A stretch of DNA of 64,000 nucleotides from Leptogorgia sarmentosa (Eukaryota). Under the pieces are notes generated by a model that was given only the letters and a program-made list of their open reading frames with translations, was not told the DNA's origin and searched no databases. Both the position numbers and the translations under genes were made by a program. This document shows, in pieces, positions 1 through 13,100 of this stretch. The stretch is taken from positions 3,162,001 to 3,226,000 of the forward strand of contig OZ210885.1 of the NCBI GenBank assembly GCA_964658305.1. Direction: 5' to 3'. Position 1 is the stretch's first letter. Each line of letters opens with the position of its first letter.

Positions 1-1397
1 TGCAAAAATTTTAACGGAATCCTACATTTTATCTTGGGGATGAATTTTCTTATCATTTGGATAGAGACGATAAAGAATATTGTTTTTGTCTCAAGTGTTC
101 ATACTTTTGTCATTCTTGCATGCAGAAATAATAATATAAAAATCACTTAATTACTGGGTGTGAAAATCTAATTATAAGGCTGATAAAATATACAGTATAG
201 TGATATTGAGCCATTGAATTGGGCACATGCAAGAACAACACGTTGCGTGTTTGCACTGTAAGTCAAAAACAATGTTAAATTCACGACCTATTTATGGAAT
301 TGCATCTTCACGTGACAGCGAAAAATTTTATTTTAGTTTTCCAGTCAGCGCCTTCCTATGTATTGTCGTTAGTTTTTTGTTGTTCATTTCTAAATTATTT
401 TTATTAATTTTTTTCCTCAGCACGCTTTTTATTTTGTATGTTTTGAAGTCCTTGTGCGGAAATGTTAAATAGAATATGTTTGACAATAACACAAAATACA
501 CTGAGAATATATGGACACAACGTCATTTATTTATGTGCAAGTTTGAGAATGCTAAAGCGAGCGTTCCACAGACGATACAATGCTTATTTAATATTTGGCC
601 AAAACAGCAAACCGGTCGATAAAGTAAAGTTTTATAGAACTCGCAGATATTGTAAATGCGCGACTTGGTGTTCGGTTCAACAAACATTTACAGACACTAA
701 TGGACGTCTGTGTTTCATATTGATTTTTGACCTTATTTGTCGTTTCAGACTGAAATCCTTGCACAATTGGGCGCTGGTGCATGTATGATAAGAGAAACTT
801 AAGACTCATGATTTGTTGGTCGATAAACTAAAGTTTTGTACAACTCGCAGATCTTGTAATGTGCGACTTCGTATTCGGTTCACATTCATATGTGTTTCTT
901 TTAATTTTTCTGACAGACTGAAATCCTTGCCCAACTGGGCGCGGGTGCATGTATGATAAGAGAAACAGTTTGGTCGTAAAATTCATCCAAAATAAATGTT
1001 CAGCTAAGCTAGAGCTGTGTGCATTACAAATGTTACAAATATATACTTTGAATACAGATATACTTAGTATATACTTTGCATAACTTGACGCAGGTGCATG
1101 CATAAATAAGACAAACTTAGACTAATGACCTGTCGGTCGTAAAATACATCCGAATTAAATGTTCAGCTAAGATACGTACATTATAAATAATTATTTTAAA
1201 TACTACATGTTTTAGACTGGAATGTACTTTGAACAACTGGGCAACTGACATGCGCAAATATGTCCATGCTAAAGCTCTATAAAACAGCTATATTTTAACC
1301 CTATTTTTATTTGATAGCTCTAAAACTTCATTTCCTACAGAGGCGCATACGTCTTCCATGAGTGTCAATTTCAACGCAATGTTGTGTTTTTTGACAG

Positions 1398-4300
1398 GAA
1401 ACCAAGCACTTCGCCCATCAAACTTGATCTCAAGTCACAACGTTGATCTTTTGGCAGAATGTCATCTTCATTGTGTAAATGCAAGCAATTGCTACGGTTA
1501 AAACTTCAGAGTCAGACCTAGCAGTATTTATACAACCAACTGCCAGTTGAGTAACAGCTCCGTGAAAATGAACATGACAAAGATGAGGAATGGAGCTTGG
1601 CATTTCTACGAGGATGTTTTGGTAAGAATAATATAACCAGCAAATGATCCTATATTCCACGAAAATTTGGCCTTCATTGAACTCATCGCTGAACAATTCT
1701 CTTACCGTAAATTTTGTCACCCTATAGGTTACCAAAGGTAAGCGAAAATTATGAATTAATGCAGAGTCGTTCAATACAGGTAAAAGCATAAATAAATACA
1801 TGCATAAACTTTCTACGTATATATATTGAAAGATGAGACAAGATTCAACTTTTCAAGCAAAGGATCTTCTTGGGAGGATAGTTGTCAATGCTAAGTTGAA
1901 TTTTGTTTTATCGTTTACATAGTTGACGGAAAATTGATGTACTATAATTTGCTACTGTTCGTTACCCAGGGCCGTCGCTAGAACGTTAATTGGGAGGTGC
2001 ATATTCATATTTTGGCGTTCTGCCGACTGATTTCTTTTGAAATCAGTTGTTTATGAATTAATTTCAAAAGAAATCAGTCGGCAGAACGCCAAAATATGAA
2101 TATGCACCCCCCCAATTAACGTTCTAGCGACGGCCCTGTCGTTACCTATACTGGTCACATACGTATATCAAAATTATTCTGTAGCTAAATGTCGGCCGAG
2201 GTTACAAGTCCTTATTATGAGAATATTCAACATTCCTACTAAACCAAACATTTTAGGAAATAATTTTTGTATTGCTAAAGGATATATTGCATATATTGGT
2301 AATGAGGGGGCGGTGCCCCCATCCCAATTCAGCTTCAGCCCCCTCCCGCCCCCCCCCCCCTCCATCCCCCACAAAAAGAAATCCTGGTAAAAATCACGAT
2401 ATTTTAATTATTTCAGACATTGACGAATGTGCTCAGGATAGTCGCACATGTCATCCCAATGCAACATGTATCAACACTCCAGGTTCTTACGACTGTCAGT
2501 GTAGAAGTGGATACACTGGAAATGGCCGCACTTGCGCAGGTATTGCTCATGATGCTTGTCATAAAAATGTAATCAGTTGCAATACTTATTTATTTATTAA
2601 CTTTGCCAGATTTGAACAACGTTAACTCAAAAACTGGCAGGGCCTTCGCAACAGCTTGCGCCAATTACTGCGATCCCTAAATGTTAGACAAATACACTAT
2701 ATACGTACATAGAAAGAATTAATTACTAACGAACTATCAGATGCAACTTTTCACATTGCGACCCGCAGAACCACTTCCATTTAGGAAGCAGTCTGGATTA
2801 GAAGACGTTCAAACCTTCACGATCCTAAACCTATTGCAACGTTTACAAATAATCCAAGTTACTTTCAGACAATCAGACCATATTGACTTGAATTGCTCCA
2901 GCTTTCGTTATCATGTTGCAGATATTGACGAATGTCTGGACAAGTCCAATCATTGCCACTCAAATGCAAACTGCACAAATACTGACGGTTCATACAAATG
3001 TAAATGCTCTCAAGGTTACCGAGGAAATGGACAGAATTGTACAGGTAAATATCAGGACAACTTTTGTTTTGTTGAAGGGCGCTTCAGATAAAATTTGGGC
3101 CCAGGGGAAAGTAAACATGGGGAATGTGAAGTGTGAAGTTTCGGTACAAACTTAATGCTGCCGGTCTACAAACGTTTTGGAATTGTACTACGCAATCATT
3201 TGCAGTATCAGTGGCATTGTGATAATTATATTGCCATCGTGTAGATAACGGATAGTAACATCAACAACTAACAAAACTTCTAGTCTGTACTACTTTAATG
3301 ATATAAACAGATTTGACGTTCGAACAAAGGTCCACTGTCGGAAGTAATTACAGTCTGAAGGGGGGGGGGGGGGGGTACAGTCTTAAGGGAAGGGGGGGGG
3401 GGTGTTCAAGGTAAAGAATTTAATTACGTGCACGTTATCCACAATAGTTTTGCCAATGAGCCTTCAATAAGTATAAGTAACATCATAAGTAACATCAATG
3501 GTCACAAACGTTTATTTATCTTCTATCTTCTAGTATTTTTTACTGTTACTTCGTTCATTAAAATTTATTTCTCCTTTCTGGGGCCTTTTTTCCCCATTGA
3601 AGGCTCTGTTTAACAATTTAACTTCACACATTTTGTTTCACTTCGTCATTTGCTGCCAGAAATTTGTGAAACAGAGAAAAATCAATTTGGACGTTACTAT
3701 TATTTTTTAATTTTTCAGACATTGACGAATGTTCTGAAGGCAGCCATGGCTGTCACGCTGACGCAACCTGTGTCAACACTCCAGGATCATACAATTGCAC
3801 ATGTCCCAGTGGGGCATATATTGGCAGAAACAAATATTGCCAGAATCTCAAAGGTGATTTATTGTTTAGTGAGATTATTCAAGTTTCTTCGGTCAATGGT
3901 TATAAGCTAGAGTCTGGAGATGTGTTTCCATGTCTGGAAGAAACGTTAAATTCCTTTATCGTTAAATCATAGTTTAATAATAATAATGACAATAATATAT
4001 TAAATTTATATTCCCTCAGTCGTGTCAGCGATATTGAAAAATGAACCAAACGAATTCGAGAATAAGTTGAGAGAATGGTTGCCAAGAACAGGAAATTGGA
4101 GAGTTTGTTGGCGAGCAACACGAGATCGTTGGGCTGCGAGTACATTCCATTCAAATTGTGATGGAAAATTACCGACCTTAACTATTGTTCAAGTCATCAA
4201 AAACAGGACAAAGTTTGTTTTCGGCGGTTATGCTACAGTATCATGGAACCGCTATCACAGTTGTAAGTTTGAACTATGATTATAAGAGTTATAACCATGT

Positions 4301-5436
4301 ATATATCAGGTTCTTCTCTTCGCTCCATCTTAACTGACTCTTACTTTTATTAATTGGATTTGTTACCTGCATGGTCCGGCAATGACTACAATTATTGTGA
4401 TCGATTTGTTGATCAAATTGGACAAAAAACACGATAAAAATCTGCAAACGTTTGACTCAGGCTTCGAGGTGGAAAATCTGAATGCGTAATCATGCATTTT
4501 GACATTTTGTTTAAATCCCGGCGGTATATACATAAATGATAGTGCCATGTAGAATAAAAAAAATTGCCAGACTGCCTGTATATATACCATGCTACCGTTC
4601 TGTCTTTTAAACAATATGTAGATGTCCAGTTAAATTTTCAATATAATATGAACCACCAGACTTTTTAACTTTGGTTTACAGGGACTTTTCACAATTTCAA
4701 TTTTATGCCTGAATGAGATATAGCAGGGAGATTAGTTAAAATCTGGCCTCGTATAAAGGAGTTGCCATCTGAAATGGGATTCGAGTAATTAAATACGCGT
4801 ATTATTAGTAGGTGGTTTTCCACCAATGTGCTCATGTTTAGCCTACGTGACACAATGTTAATTTAACTCTTTATACTGGACCGATGTTAATTTAACAATT
4901 TATACACCAAATTTACTCATTATGGAGAGAAAATTAAATCTTCATCAAGGAGTTAAGGTCGTTTTATTTCTCCCACTCACACTGGCACCGCCCGCTCGAA
5001 ATTTTCGGGATTGCTTTGAAACTGATGATCTTTATCACGAATGAAATACCCGATTACTAAGAGACAGAGCAGTAATCATATCTGACCCAGGATTGTTGTG
5101 TTTATTTTGACAGATGGTCATTATAAATCTGCTCCAGGATCATTTTTGTTTTCTCTGCGCAATAACGATGACCTTCCACCATTCAAGGCTCCGATGAAAA
5201 ACAAGAATTACGTGCGTGCAATTTACCGTCACAATGGATATGGACCAACATTTGGTGGTGGTCACGACTTGTACATTGCCAACAATGCGAAAATAAACAC
5301 TTACTCCCACACGAATTTTGGTCACACCTACCAAGCTCCATCTGAATACACTTACGGCCAAGCCAACACATACTCCCTCTTGGCAGGAAGCTATAAATTC
5401 ACTCCATCAGAAGTCGAAGTCTTGTATCTAAATTAA
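1398..5436 (+). pseudogene. Copy 1 of PAN-cbEGF(x3)-TLDc gene; exon 1 lies upstream of the window; premature stop in the PAN exon
   Basis: Exons with GT-AG boundaries: 1398-1621 (PAN-like), 1728-1737 (microexon), 2417-2539, 2922-3044, 3719-3853 (cbEGF, DIDEC...), 4020-4262 and 5114-5436 (TLDc: [24 protein letters not shown] / [20 protein letters not shown]). TAA at 1499-1501 where the other copies have TAT. Bases 1-1397 match intron 1 of copy 5. Confidence 0.75.
1967..2138. mobile_element. 172-bp palindromic MITE with 8-bp TSD (hAT-type)
   Basis: Ends CAGGGCCGTCGCTAGAACG...CGTTCTAGCGACGGCCCTG; nearly the whole element is an inverted repeat. TCGTTACC is duplicated at 1959-1966 and 2139-2146. 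Copies 2 and 3 show the empty site (ctgttcgttacctatac). Confidence 0.93.
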
Positions 5437-7305
5437 AAACCTACTTCAACAATGCCATAAAGTAAATGATTTTAACATAAAGTAGAATATATACCGAAGA
5501 TGATTTGAAAAAAAGCCTACTCCCATGTAATCTCCATAATTGTAAAACACACCTCAATCAATTTTATAATTTAGGGAACTTTATATGTTTAGGGAACGTA
5601 AAAAGTTCGGCTTAGCAATCTATAAAGACTTCTTCCTAAAATACATAACAGCCCTAGACGTTTATTGCATCATTTACAGTAATTTTTTATAGAAAAGTAG
5701 ATAAAGTTTTGCTGTTGTAGCTATATCCAGACGCATTATCATGATAGATAGAATGGAATTCGTCCATGATCGAAATATTGTAGAAATGCCTCAACATAAC
5801 CAAAGAAAGGCAATAATTAACTAGACAAACACTCATACACTCGCCCAAATAGACAAACACTATTTAACAGTATTATTTAACATTGTATAATTATGGTTTA
5901 ATTTGTTAAATAAAAATTTGGGAAAATCATAGTTGTTTAAATATGTATCAAGAATTGTTTTACAATAATTGAACTGTACGACCAAACATGATCTACAAAA
6001 AAGTCCGTAAACTCGAAACCGAGACTGAATCGCAAATGAACAAAAAGAACATCGTGCTGTAAGATGACATGTTTTTGAGGTATGTTTGATTTTTTAATTG
6101 CATTTAATTTTCTTATTTTTGTGCATGGAATTAGAATTCAATACGAGTTTTTTTAAGCCCCAGGTTTCAGTGAATAGTGCTTTTTTATATCATTTGTATC
6201 GTGAACATTTTTTTAAAATATCAAGCGGGGTTCCATTTATTAATTAAATAATCATTGCTCAATTTGAATGAATCCGAAAACCCACCAAAGATGCAATTAG
6301 TTTAAGAACCTTTTTACGGCATTTCTTCGAAAAATGTAACAGAATGTCGATCGTTTCTGCCCGAATAGACTAGCATGCATACATCGTTTATCTATGTTTT
6401 GGTTTTGAAAAAGAACCTCGGAAAAATTGCATTCTTGCCGGTATTTATTTCCTTGGTTTGGAACAACCCCGAAAAATTTGAACAAACTGAAATTATTAGT
6501 CATAACGCGTCAGAATTCTAGGACTAGAAGACTAGCTTTTTCAGTCGAAACATATTCTTTAGCCTCGATCGGAAATGCTTTTTTTCATTATTCTCTCAAT
6601 TAGAAACGGGCTGGGCCGGGGGTTCATATATTTGGCAAGTTTAAGAATTTGTTTTACATTTTCGACTCAGGAAACGTCGAAGGCGAGGCATAATTCACTG
6701 CGAGACAACATTTTGGTTCATTGCGATACTTTAAGAGACACGTTGCCGCATTCAGGGGCCCTACAAAAGGGGGGGGGGGGGGGGGCATTCATCCAGCATA
6801 TCATAAACAGTTATCCTGCGCATACAAATATGTCCTAACCTATTTCATTCATATGAGCCGGGAGATGTTATTAACGTTAACTTAGAAATATATGTTGTAC
6901 AGGTGCGACATAATATTCAGATAAAACAGCCTAATGTTAGTATATAGTTCATCAAAGCAATATCTTCAGAGGTTTTTGGGATTGGGAATTCAATGGTGAT
7001 TAGGATATGACTAGGCGTACTCGATATTCGTCTTCACCCGTTTTCTTATATGGTTTTCAAGGAATTTAAGACATGTTTTGAATAAAACGCTCCGTGACCG
7101 CATTAACTGCTGGGCGCACTGATGGTTACAAATGCACAAATTTCAGTCTCCTGCGCACATTAGCCGGGGGGGGGGGGGTGATCCTGCATCTAACGTATTT
7201 GTCCTAAGGTTTAACGCGTTTACAGTAGGAAATTTAATAAATATCGGTCGCTGCATTTTCTTAGATCACGCAAACTTCTTCCACCATTTTTAACAGGGGA
7301 ACTAT

Positions 7306-7449
7306 CAGGGGCCTCGGGATATCAAAAATTAGGGGGGGGGCAAATATTCATATATTCGAAGTATTTGAAATCATCTGTTTTCAATGTCTGTTAACAAAAA
7401 TGTATGAATATCCCCCCCCCCCCCAATTATCGATTTTCCGCTGCCCCCA
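7306..7449. mobile_element. Decayed MITE resembling the 1967-2138 family, in the spacer
   Basis: CAGGGG...aaaattaggggggggcaaatattcata...tatgaatatccccccc aattatcg...gctgcccc, flanked by GGAACTAT and GGAACTCT (degenerate 8-bp TSD). Homologues lie near 18082, 29275 and 51528. Confidence 0.6.
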
Positions 7450-8845
7450 GGAACTCTTATAGAGCCAACTATAATTTTTGCAAATTATTGCTTCGCTGTA
7501 CATAAAACCGGGATTTGCAAACTCTTTTTAGTGAGGAAGAAGGAATCATGTTATTTACGGTTCATTGCATGCATGTGGTGCTTTCTATTGATAGGCGGTG
7601 CGTGCAGGTTTAGTTTGCTATTCAAAATCATGAAAGAAAAAGGGGGGTTATCTGGTTTTCTGTATGGTAGACTTTTCCGTCTAATAAGTGAAGCTAGTGC
7701 AGGGCTTTTAAGTTAAAACGCTTGACTGCCAAATTTTCGCTTAAATTTTCAATTTTTTTAAGAACTTTCCAGTTGAAAAAGTCAATTAAGCTTGTTGCTC
7801 TGTTGAAAAATATTTGCAGAGGTAATTAAGCATGCTTCGTCGTAAGCAATATAGGTGCACCTGCCACAATTAAGACGGTCGTAATAAACTCGAGTTACAC
7901 GGTCAGTTGACAATTGCCAACGAAAAAAAATACGCTGGTTTTTAATCGACATGCATTTTGTTTTCGTGTCTGATCTCAAACATTTTTTTAAGATTTGTTT
8001 GTTCCATTTATAAGCATGGTTCTCATTATTTTGATCCAGTCCTGCACTTATTTCTCAACAGACACCTTACTGGAATACATGAATATAAACATATAATTTT
8101 GGATTTCCTCATTATTATCGTGTTTTGTCATTGTTGTCATATTTGAAATCATTTGTTTTCAATGTCTGTTAACACCAATGTATGAATCCCCCCCCCATTA
8201 ATCGATTTTCCGCTGCCCCCCGGGGTATCTTATAGAGCCAACTATAATTTTTCGAAAATTATTGCTTCGCAGTACATAAAACCGGGATTTGCAAACTTTT
8301 TTTAATGAGGAAGAAGGAATCATGATATTTATGGTGCAGGTTTAGTTTGCTATTCAAAATCATGAAAGAAAAAGAGAGGGGAGGGGGGGGGGGGGTGTTG
8401 TCTGGTTTTCTGTGTGCCAAGAATACGCTTGACTGTCAAAGCAGCTTTATTTTTCAATTTTTTTATGAACTTTCCAGTTGAAGAAGTCAATTAAGCTTGT
8501 TCCTATGTTGAAAAATATTTGCAGAGGTAGTTAAGCATGCTTCGTCGTAAGCAATATAGCTGCACCTGCCACAATTAAGACGGTCGTAATAAAGACTTGT
8601 GTTAACTTAACTCCGAGTTACACGGTCAGTTGACAATTGCCAACGAAAAAAAAATACGCTGGTTTTTAATCGACATGCATTTTGTTTTCGTGTCTGATCT
8701 CAAACTTTTTTTTAATTTGTTCCATTTATAACCCGGCATGGTTCTCATTATTTTGATCCAGTCCTGCACGTATTTCTCAACAAACACCTTACTGGAATAA
8801 ATGAATATAAGCGTATAATTTTGGATTTCCTCATTGTCATTGTGT
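7363..8845 (+). repeat. Tandem duplication of a ~0.75-kb unit within the intergenic spacer
   Basis: The block starting atttgaaatcat(c/t)tgttttcaatgtctgttaac and ending ggatttcctcatt occurs twice. The same pair recurs at about 18140-19675, 29333-30393 (first unit internally deleted) and 51588-53125. Confidence 0.85.
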
Positions 8846-10039
8846 TTATATTATAATGGGGCAAAAATTGCATGTTTTTATTATTTGAATAACAGTATGT
8901 GTGGGTTGAAACCGGCGTTTCTGTGCTGCGATGTTAGTAATTATTGAAAAGTCGCCTCTGTGTCTGACAAACATCGGCCTTCTATGACCTCTTAGCCTGG
9001 GACATGCCGCGGGAATGGCTTTGAAACATTTAAAAGTATTTTGGAGTTGATGGACGGAAACTTTGGCAAGTTTTGTATTGCTGTTCAAAATTTCAGAACA
9101 TTTGGTTCAGTTTAAGCCTTTCAGAACGTCACGCAAACTATTGTTTTTGGTCAGCTTTCTGCATACCTAATTAGACGTGAATTGCCTGTTTGTAATCACG
9201 TGACTTTTCGCCCAAATGACGAGCAATTGAACAACTTGTGCACAATTTTTCCCAGTATCTAAAGTACTTGTAGCAAGATAAAATGACGGTAACACATTCT
9301 CTCCAAGATTTAAAATCTCTCTAAATCTTAAAATGTCTTCAATGGATCGATTCTTGTCCTACTTGCCCGTCAACTGGAATTCCAAGTTTACGCCATTGCA
9401 AACAACCAATCAAGCATGCGAAAAGCTAATTATGCGAAAAACGCGCGACGTCTTGAAAGGCTTAAAATCAATAATTTTTTTTGAAATTTCCACCGTCAAT
9501 ATGCAATACTCGGTAAAGTTTTGTAAAAATGACTTGTAAGCGTTTAAATTTTGTGCGTTAGCCATTTCTTTTCTTTTCTGTTGGAAAAGACGCCCCCCTG
9601 AACTTTCAAAGTTTAATTTAAATTTTTCTTCGCTTATTACACATCATAAGCAACCAAACAATGTAGCTATATAAAGCAAAAACTCCGTCCGCCGAGCCCG
9701 AGTCGAATTTGAGAGCAATTTCAAAATTCTTTGTTCAGTTTTTCATACATCATGATACATGCATCCCAGATTAAATACATTTATACCATTTTCCTTGTGT
9801 TGGAACGAGAGACAAATGAATTTTACAAAATACAGTCGAAACTATTCAGATGGAATAAAACATCTTCATCACCGAGACGCGCGAGGACTCTTCCAAACTC
9901 CTTAACTCAATCATGCAGTTTACACAAAGCACTTCAGGTCAAGAAGCCCGCGCAGACATTTAATATCGCGACACTCATATCGAAGAATCTAGTAGCATAG
10001 CAATTTCAGACGTCGCAATTTTATGCTGTGTTCCAAGAG

Positions 10040-10077
10040 TATAAAAGTAGCCCAGCATACTACGATTTCATTCAGAC
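10040..10077 (+). promoter_or_regulatory. TATA box plus initiator-like motif of copy 2
   Basis: TATAAAA at 10040-10046 with TCATTCAGAC about 30 nt downstream, about 90 nt before the ATG. The same TATA is at 20889, 31211 and 53945. Confidence 0.65.
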
Positions 10078-10133
10078 AATTCGGACCGAAAAGCCTTGCC
10101 GAATCAACCTTTGGAATTCATCAATTTTAAAGA

Positions 10134-13100
10134 ATGAATTTTCTGGCATTGTTAATGGTGATGTTTCCGATGTCCATTGCACTGAAACCTGTTTCCAAAG
10201 ACGGAAAGACATGTTCTTGGAGACATTTCAAGAACGCCAGCTTGGGTAACTATTTTTTATATTAATTTGGGTTACAATTTTCATGTACACTCCACTTCGA
10301 GTTGAGCTGGCGCGTCATATCTTAACAGCCAAATTGTATTTGTATAGCATGCATAGGCATATAGCCTATTTCAGTTTAAACTCACTGATATATAATTTAT
10401 CATGATATGCGTGAATATCCGTCTAGATCGTTATCCGTTAGTTATGCTTGCCTCTACAGGCACTGCAGTTTAATGTTTGCATGCTGGAACCACATAAATT
10501 TTTGTTTCATGTGAAAGGCATATGATTTTTTATCCATGCACCTGCGATCGGTTGTACAAAGCGAGCTGAGGTCAGTAAGGTGCTGGCTCAATTGCTAGGG
10601 ACCTAAGTTTTTCAATTCCATCATTCAAGGCCATATCCTGGCTGTAATTTAATTTTTGGGATTTTCGGTTTTGCGGATTTGGTCAATTTTAGGACGATTT
10701 TTCGATTTTTGTGTCAAATAACTGCGGTTTTTCGGTTTCGGTAATTCTCCCGCGGTTTACGGTTTTTAAAGGTTTTAGCAGTCGGTTTTCGGTTTTCAAT
10801 TGAAATACTCATGGCCTTTCGGATTTGGTCTGGAATGTAATTTTCGGTTTCTATACCAGTCTGTTTACTTGGAAACTTCATAGAAAACTATTAATGATCT
10901 ACAGAAAATTTCTGAAGAAACATTTCTAAATTTTAAAGCAAATTGTTGGAGAATTTGCTCCGAAATTAAAGTTAACCCAGGGTTAAACTAACCGGCTTTT
11001 GAACAAAATCGGCCCCTGATTGCAAACAGATAGGGGCGGCTAAGTCACATGGCATCGGTGCAATTGTATTGAAAATTGATTCAGGCTAAACATTTATATA
11101 TATCTAAAGATCACAGAGAGGAGGCAAAGTACGAACGATTTATTAATTATTCTTATATCGGATCGCTTTGTTAGTTGCGTTACTATTTAACGTGTTGAAC
11201 AATACTATGAACTGTTGCATATGACTTGCATTGGTTAATGTATGTTAGTTACCTTTAGTTTTTTGCTATTATTCCGAACTCGCACGACTGATGAACATTG
11301 AATATAGTTTGAAATAAAACATCTGTCATTACTATTCCGCGCTATTCAACTGAAATCATCGAAGTTCCAAACTCCTGAAGCCTCTCAGGCGCGCTAAGTC
11401 ACCCCCCCCCCCCCCCCCCCCCCCCCGTAAGTCCAAGAATTGAAATCCAGATCTACAAAGGCCTAAACTCAAGATTGGCGCTTCCAGCAAACCGCTAACC
11501 GAAAGGGGCCAACTTCAAATCGTATTTTAAAGTAAGTTCTTCGGCAGGAAAGTGGATTATTCACGCTTAAATTTTCATTTACAAACCACCCCAACTTCGG
11601 ACAACGAACAGTTGATATTAATGTGCGAGAATTGAAGTTTGCCGTTTGCGGTTAACGTCAATCTAAAGTGCCTAATGTCAGTTTCACACTTTGTGTTTGT
11701 GTTCTTCGACAGGAAACCAAGCACTTCGTCCATCAAACTTGATCTCAAGTCACAACGTTGATCTTTTGGTAGAATGTCATCTTCATTGCGTAAATGCAGG
11801 CAATTGCTACGGTTATAACTTCAGAGTCAGACCTAGCAGTATTTATACAACCAACTGCCAGTTGAGTAACAGCTCCGTGAAAATGAACATGACCAAGATG
11901 AGGAATGGACCTTGGAATTTCTACGAGGATGTTTTGGTAAGAATAATATAACCAGCAAATGATCCTATATTCCACGAAAATTCGGGCCTCATTGAACTCA
12001 TCGCTGTACAATTCTCTTACCGTAAATTTTGTCACCCTATAGGTTACCAAAGGTAAGCGAAAATTATGAATTAATGCAGAGTCGTTCAATACAGGTAAAC
12101 GCATAAATAAATACATGCATAAACTTTCTACGTATATATTGAAAGATGAGACAAGATTCAACTTTTCAAGCAAAGGATCTTCTTGGGAGGATAGTTGTCA
12201 ATGCTAAGTTGAATTTTGTTTTATCGTTTACATAGTTGACGGAAAATTGATGTACTATAATTTGCTACTGTTCGTTACCTATACTGGTCACATACGTATA
12301 TCAAAATTATTCTGTAGCTAAATGTCGGCCGAGGTTACAAGTCCTTATTATGAGAATATTCAACATTCCTACTAAACCAAACATTTTAGGAAATAATTTT
12401 TGTATTGCTAAAGGATATATTGCATATATTGGTAATGAGGGGGCGGTGCCCCCATCCCAAGTTCAGCTTCAGCCCCTCCCGCCCCCCCCCCCCCCCTCCA
12501 CCCCCACAAAAAGAAATCCTGGTAAAAATCACGATATTTTAATTATTTCAGACATTGACGAATGTGCTCAGGATAGTCGCACATGTCATCCCAATGCAAC
12601 ATGTATCAACACTCCAGGTTCTTACGAGTGTCAGTGTAGAAGTGGATACACTGGAAATGGCCGCACTTGCGCAGGTATTGCTCATGATGCTTGTCATAAA
12701 AATGTAACCAGTTGCAATACTTATTTATTTATTAACTTTGCCAGATTTGAACAACGTTAACTCAAAAACTGGCAGGGCCTTCGCAACAGCTTGCGCCAAT
12801 TACTGCGATCCCTAAATGTTAGACAAATACACTATATACGTACATAGAAAGAATTAATTACTAACGAACTATCAGATGCAACTTTTCACATTGCGACCCG
12901 CAGAACCACTTCCATTTAGGTTGCAGTCTGGATTAGAAGACGTTCAAACCTTCACGATCCTAAACCTATTGCAACGTTTACAAATAATCCAAGTTACTTT
13001 CAGACAATCAGACCACATTGACTTGAATTGCTCCAGTTTTCGTTATCATGTTGCAGATATTGACGAATGTCTGGACAAGTCCAATCATTGCCACTCAAAT

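Noticed and set aside
227..1103. ORFs 227-472, 462-788, 588-809, 828-1103 and their homologues near 44000-44900
   Set aside because: They lie in intron 1, have no recognisable domains, and the homologous copies differ by stops or frameshifts.
1765..1779. Second candidate microexon (gcag|AGTCGTTCAATACAG|gtaaa), conserved in all copies
   Set aside because: It lies only 27 nt after the 10-nt microexon, too short for an intron. Used alone it leaves the EGF exon out of phase, and fusing the two reads through a TGA.
3360..3403. Long G and C homopolymer runs as functional G-quadruplexes
   Set aside because: Run lengths vary freely between copies, many are MITE-derived, and homopolymers are error-prone in assemblies.
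4681..4690. GGGACTTTTC, an NF-kB-like site in the last intron of most copies
   Set aside because: It is one mismatch from consensus, and its recurrence is explained by recent duplication rather than constraint.
10028..10249. ORF MFQEYKSSPAYY... (also 20877-21215)
   Set aside because: Alternative frame over the promoter and exon 1. The frame from ATG 10134 gives a signal peptide and joins exon 2 in phase.
11745..12173. Minus-strand ORFs of 120-140 aa over the PAN exon in several copies
   Set aside because: Antisense shadows of a duplicated exon and intron; lengths and frames are not preserved across copies 4-6.
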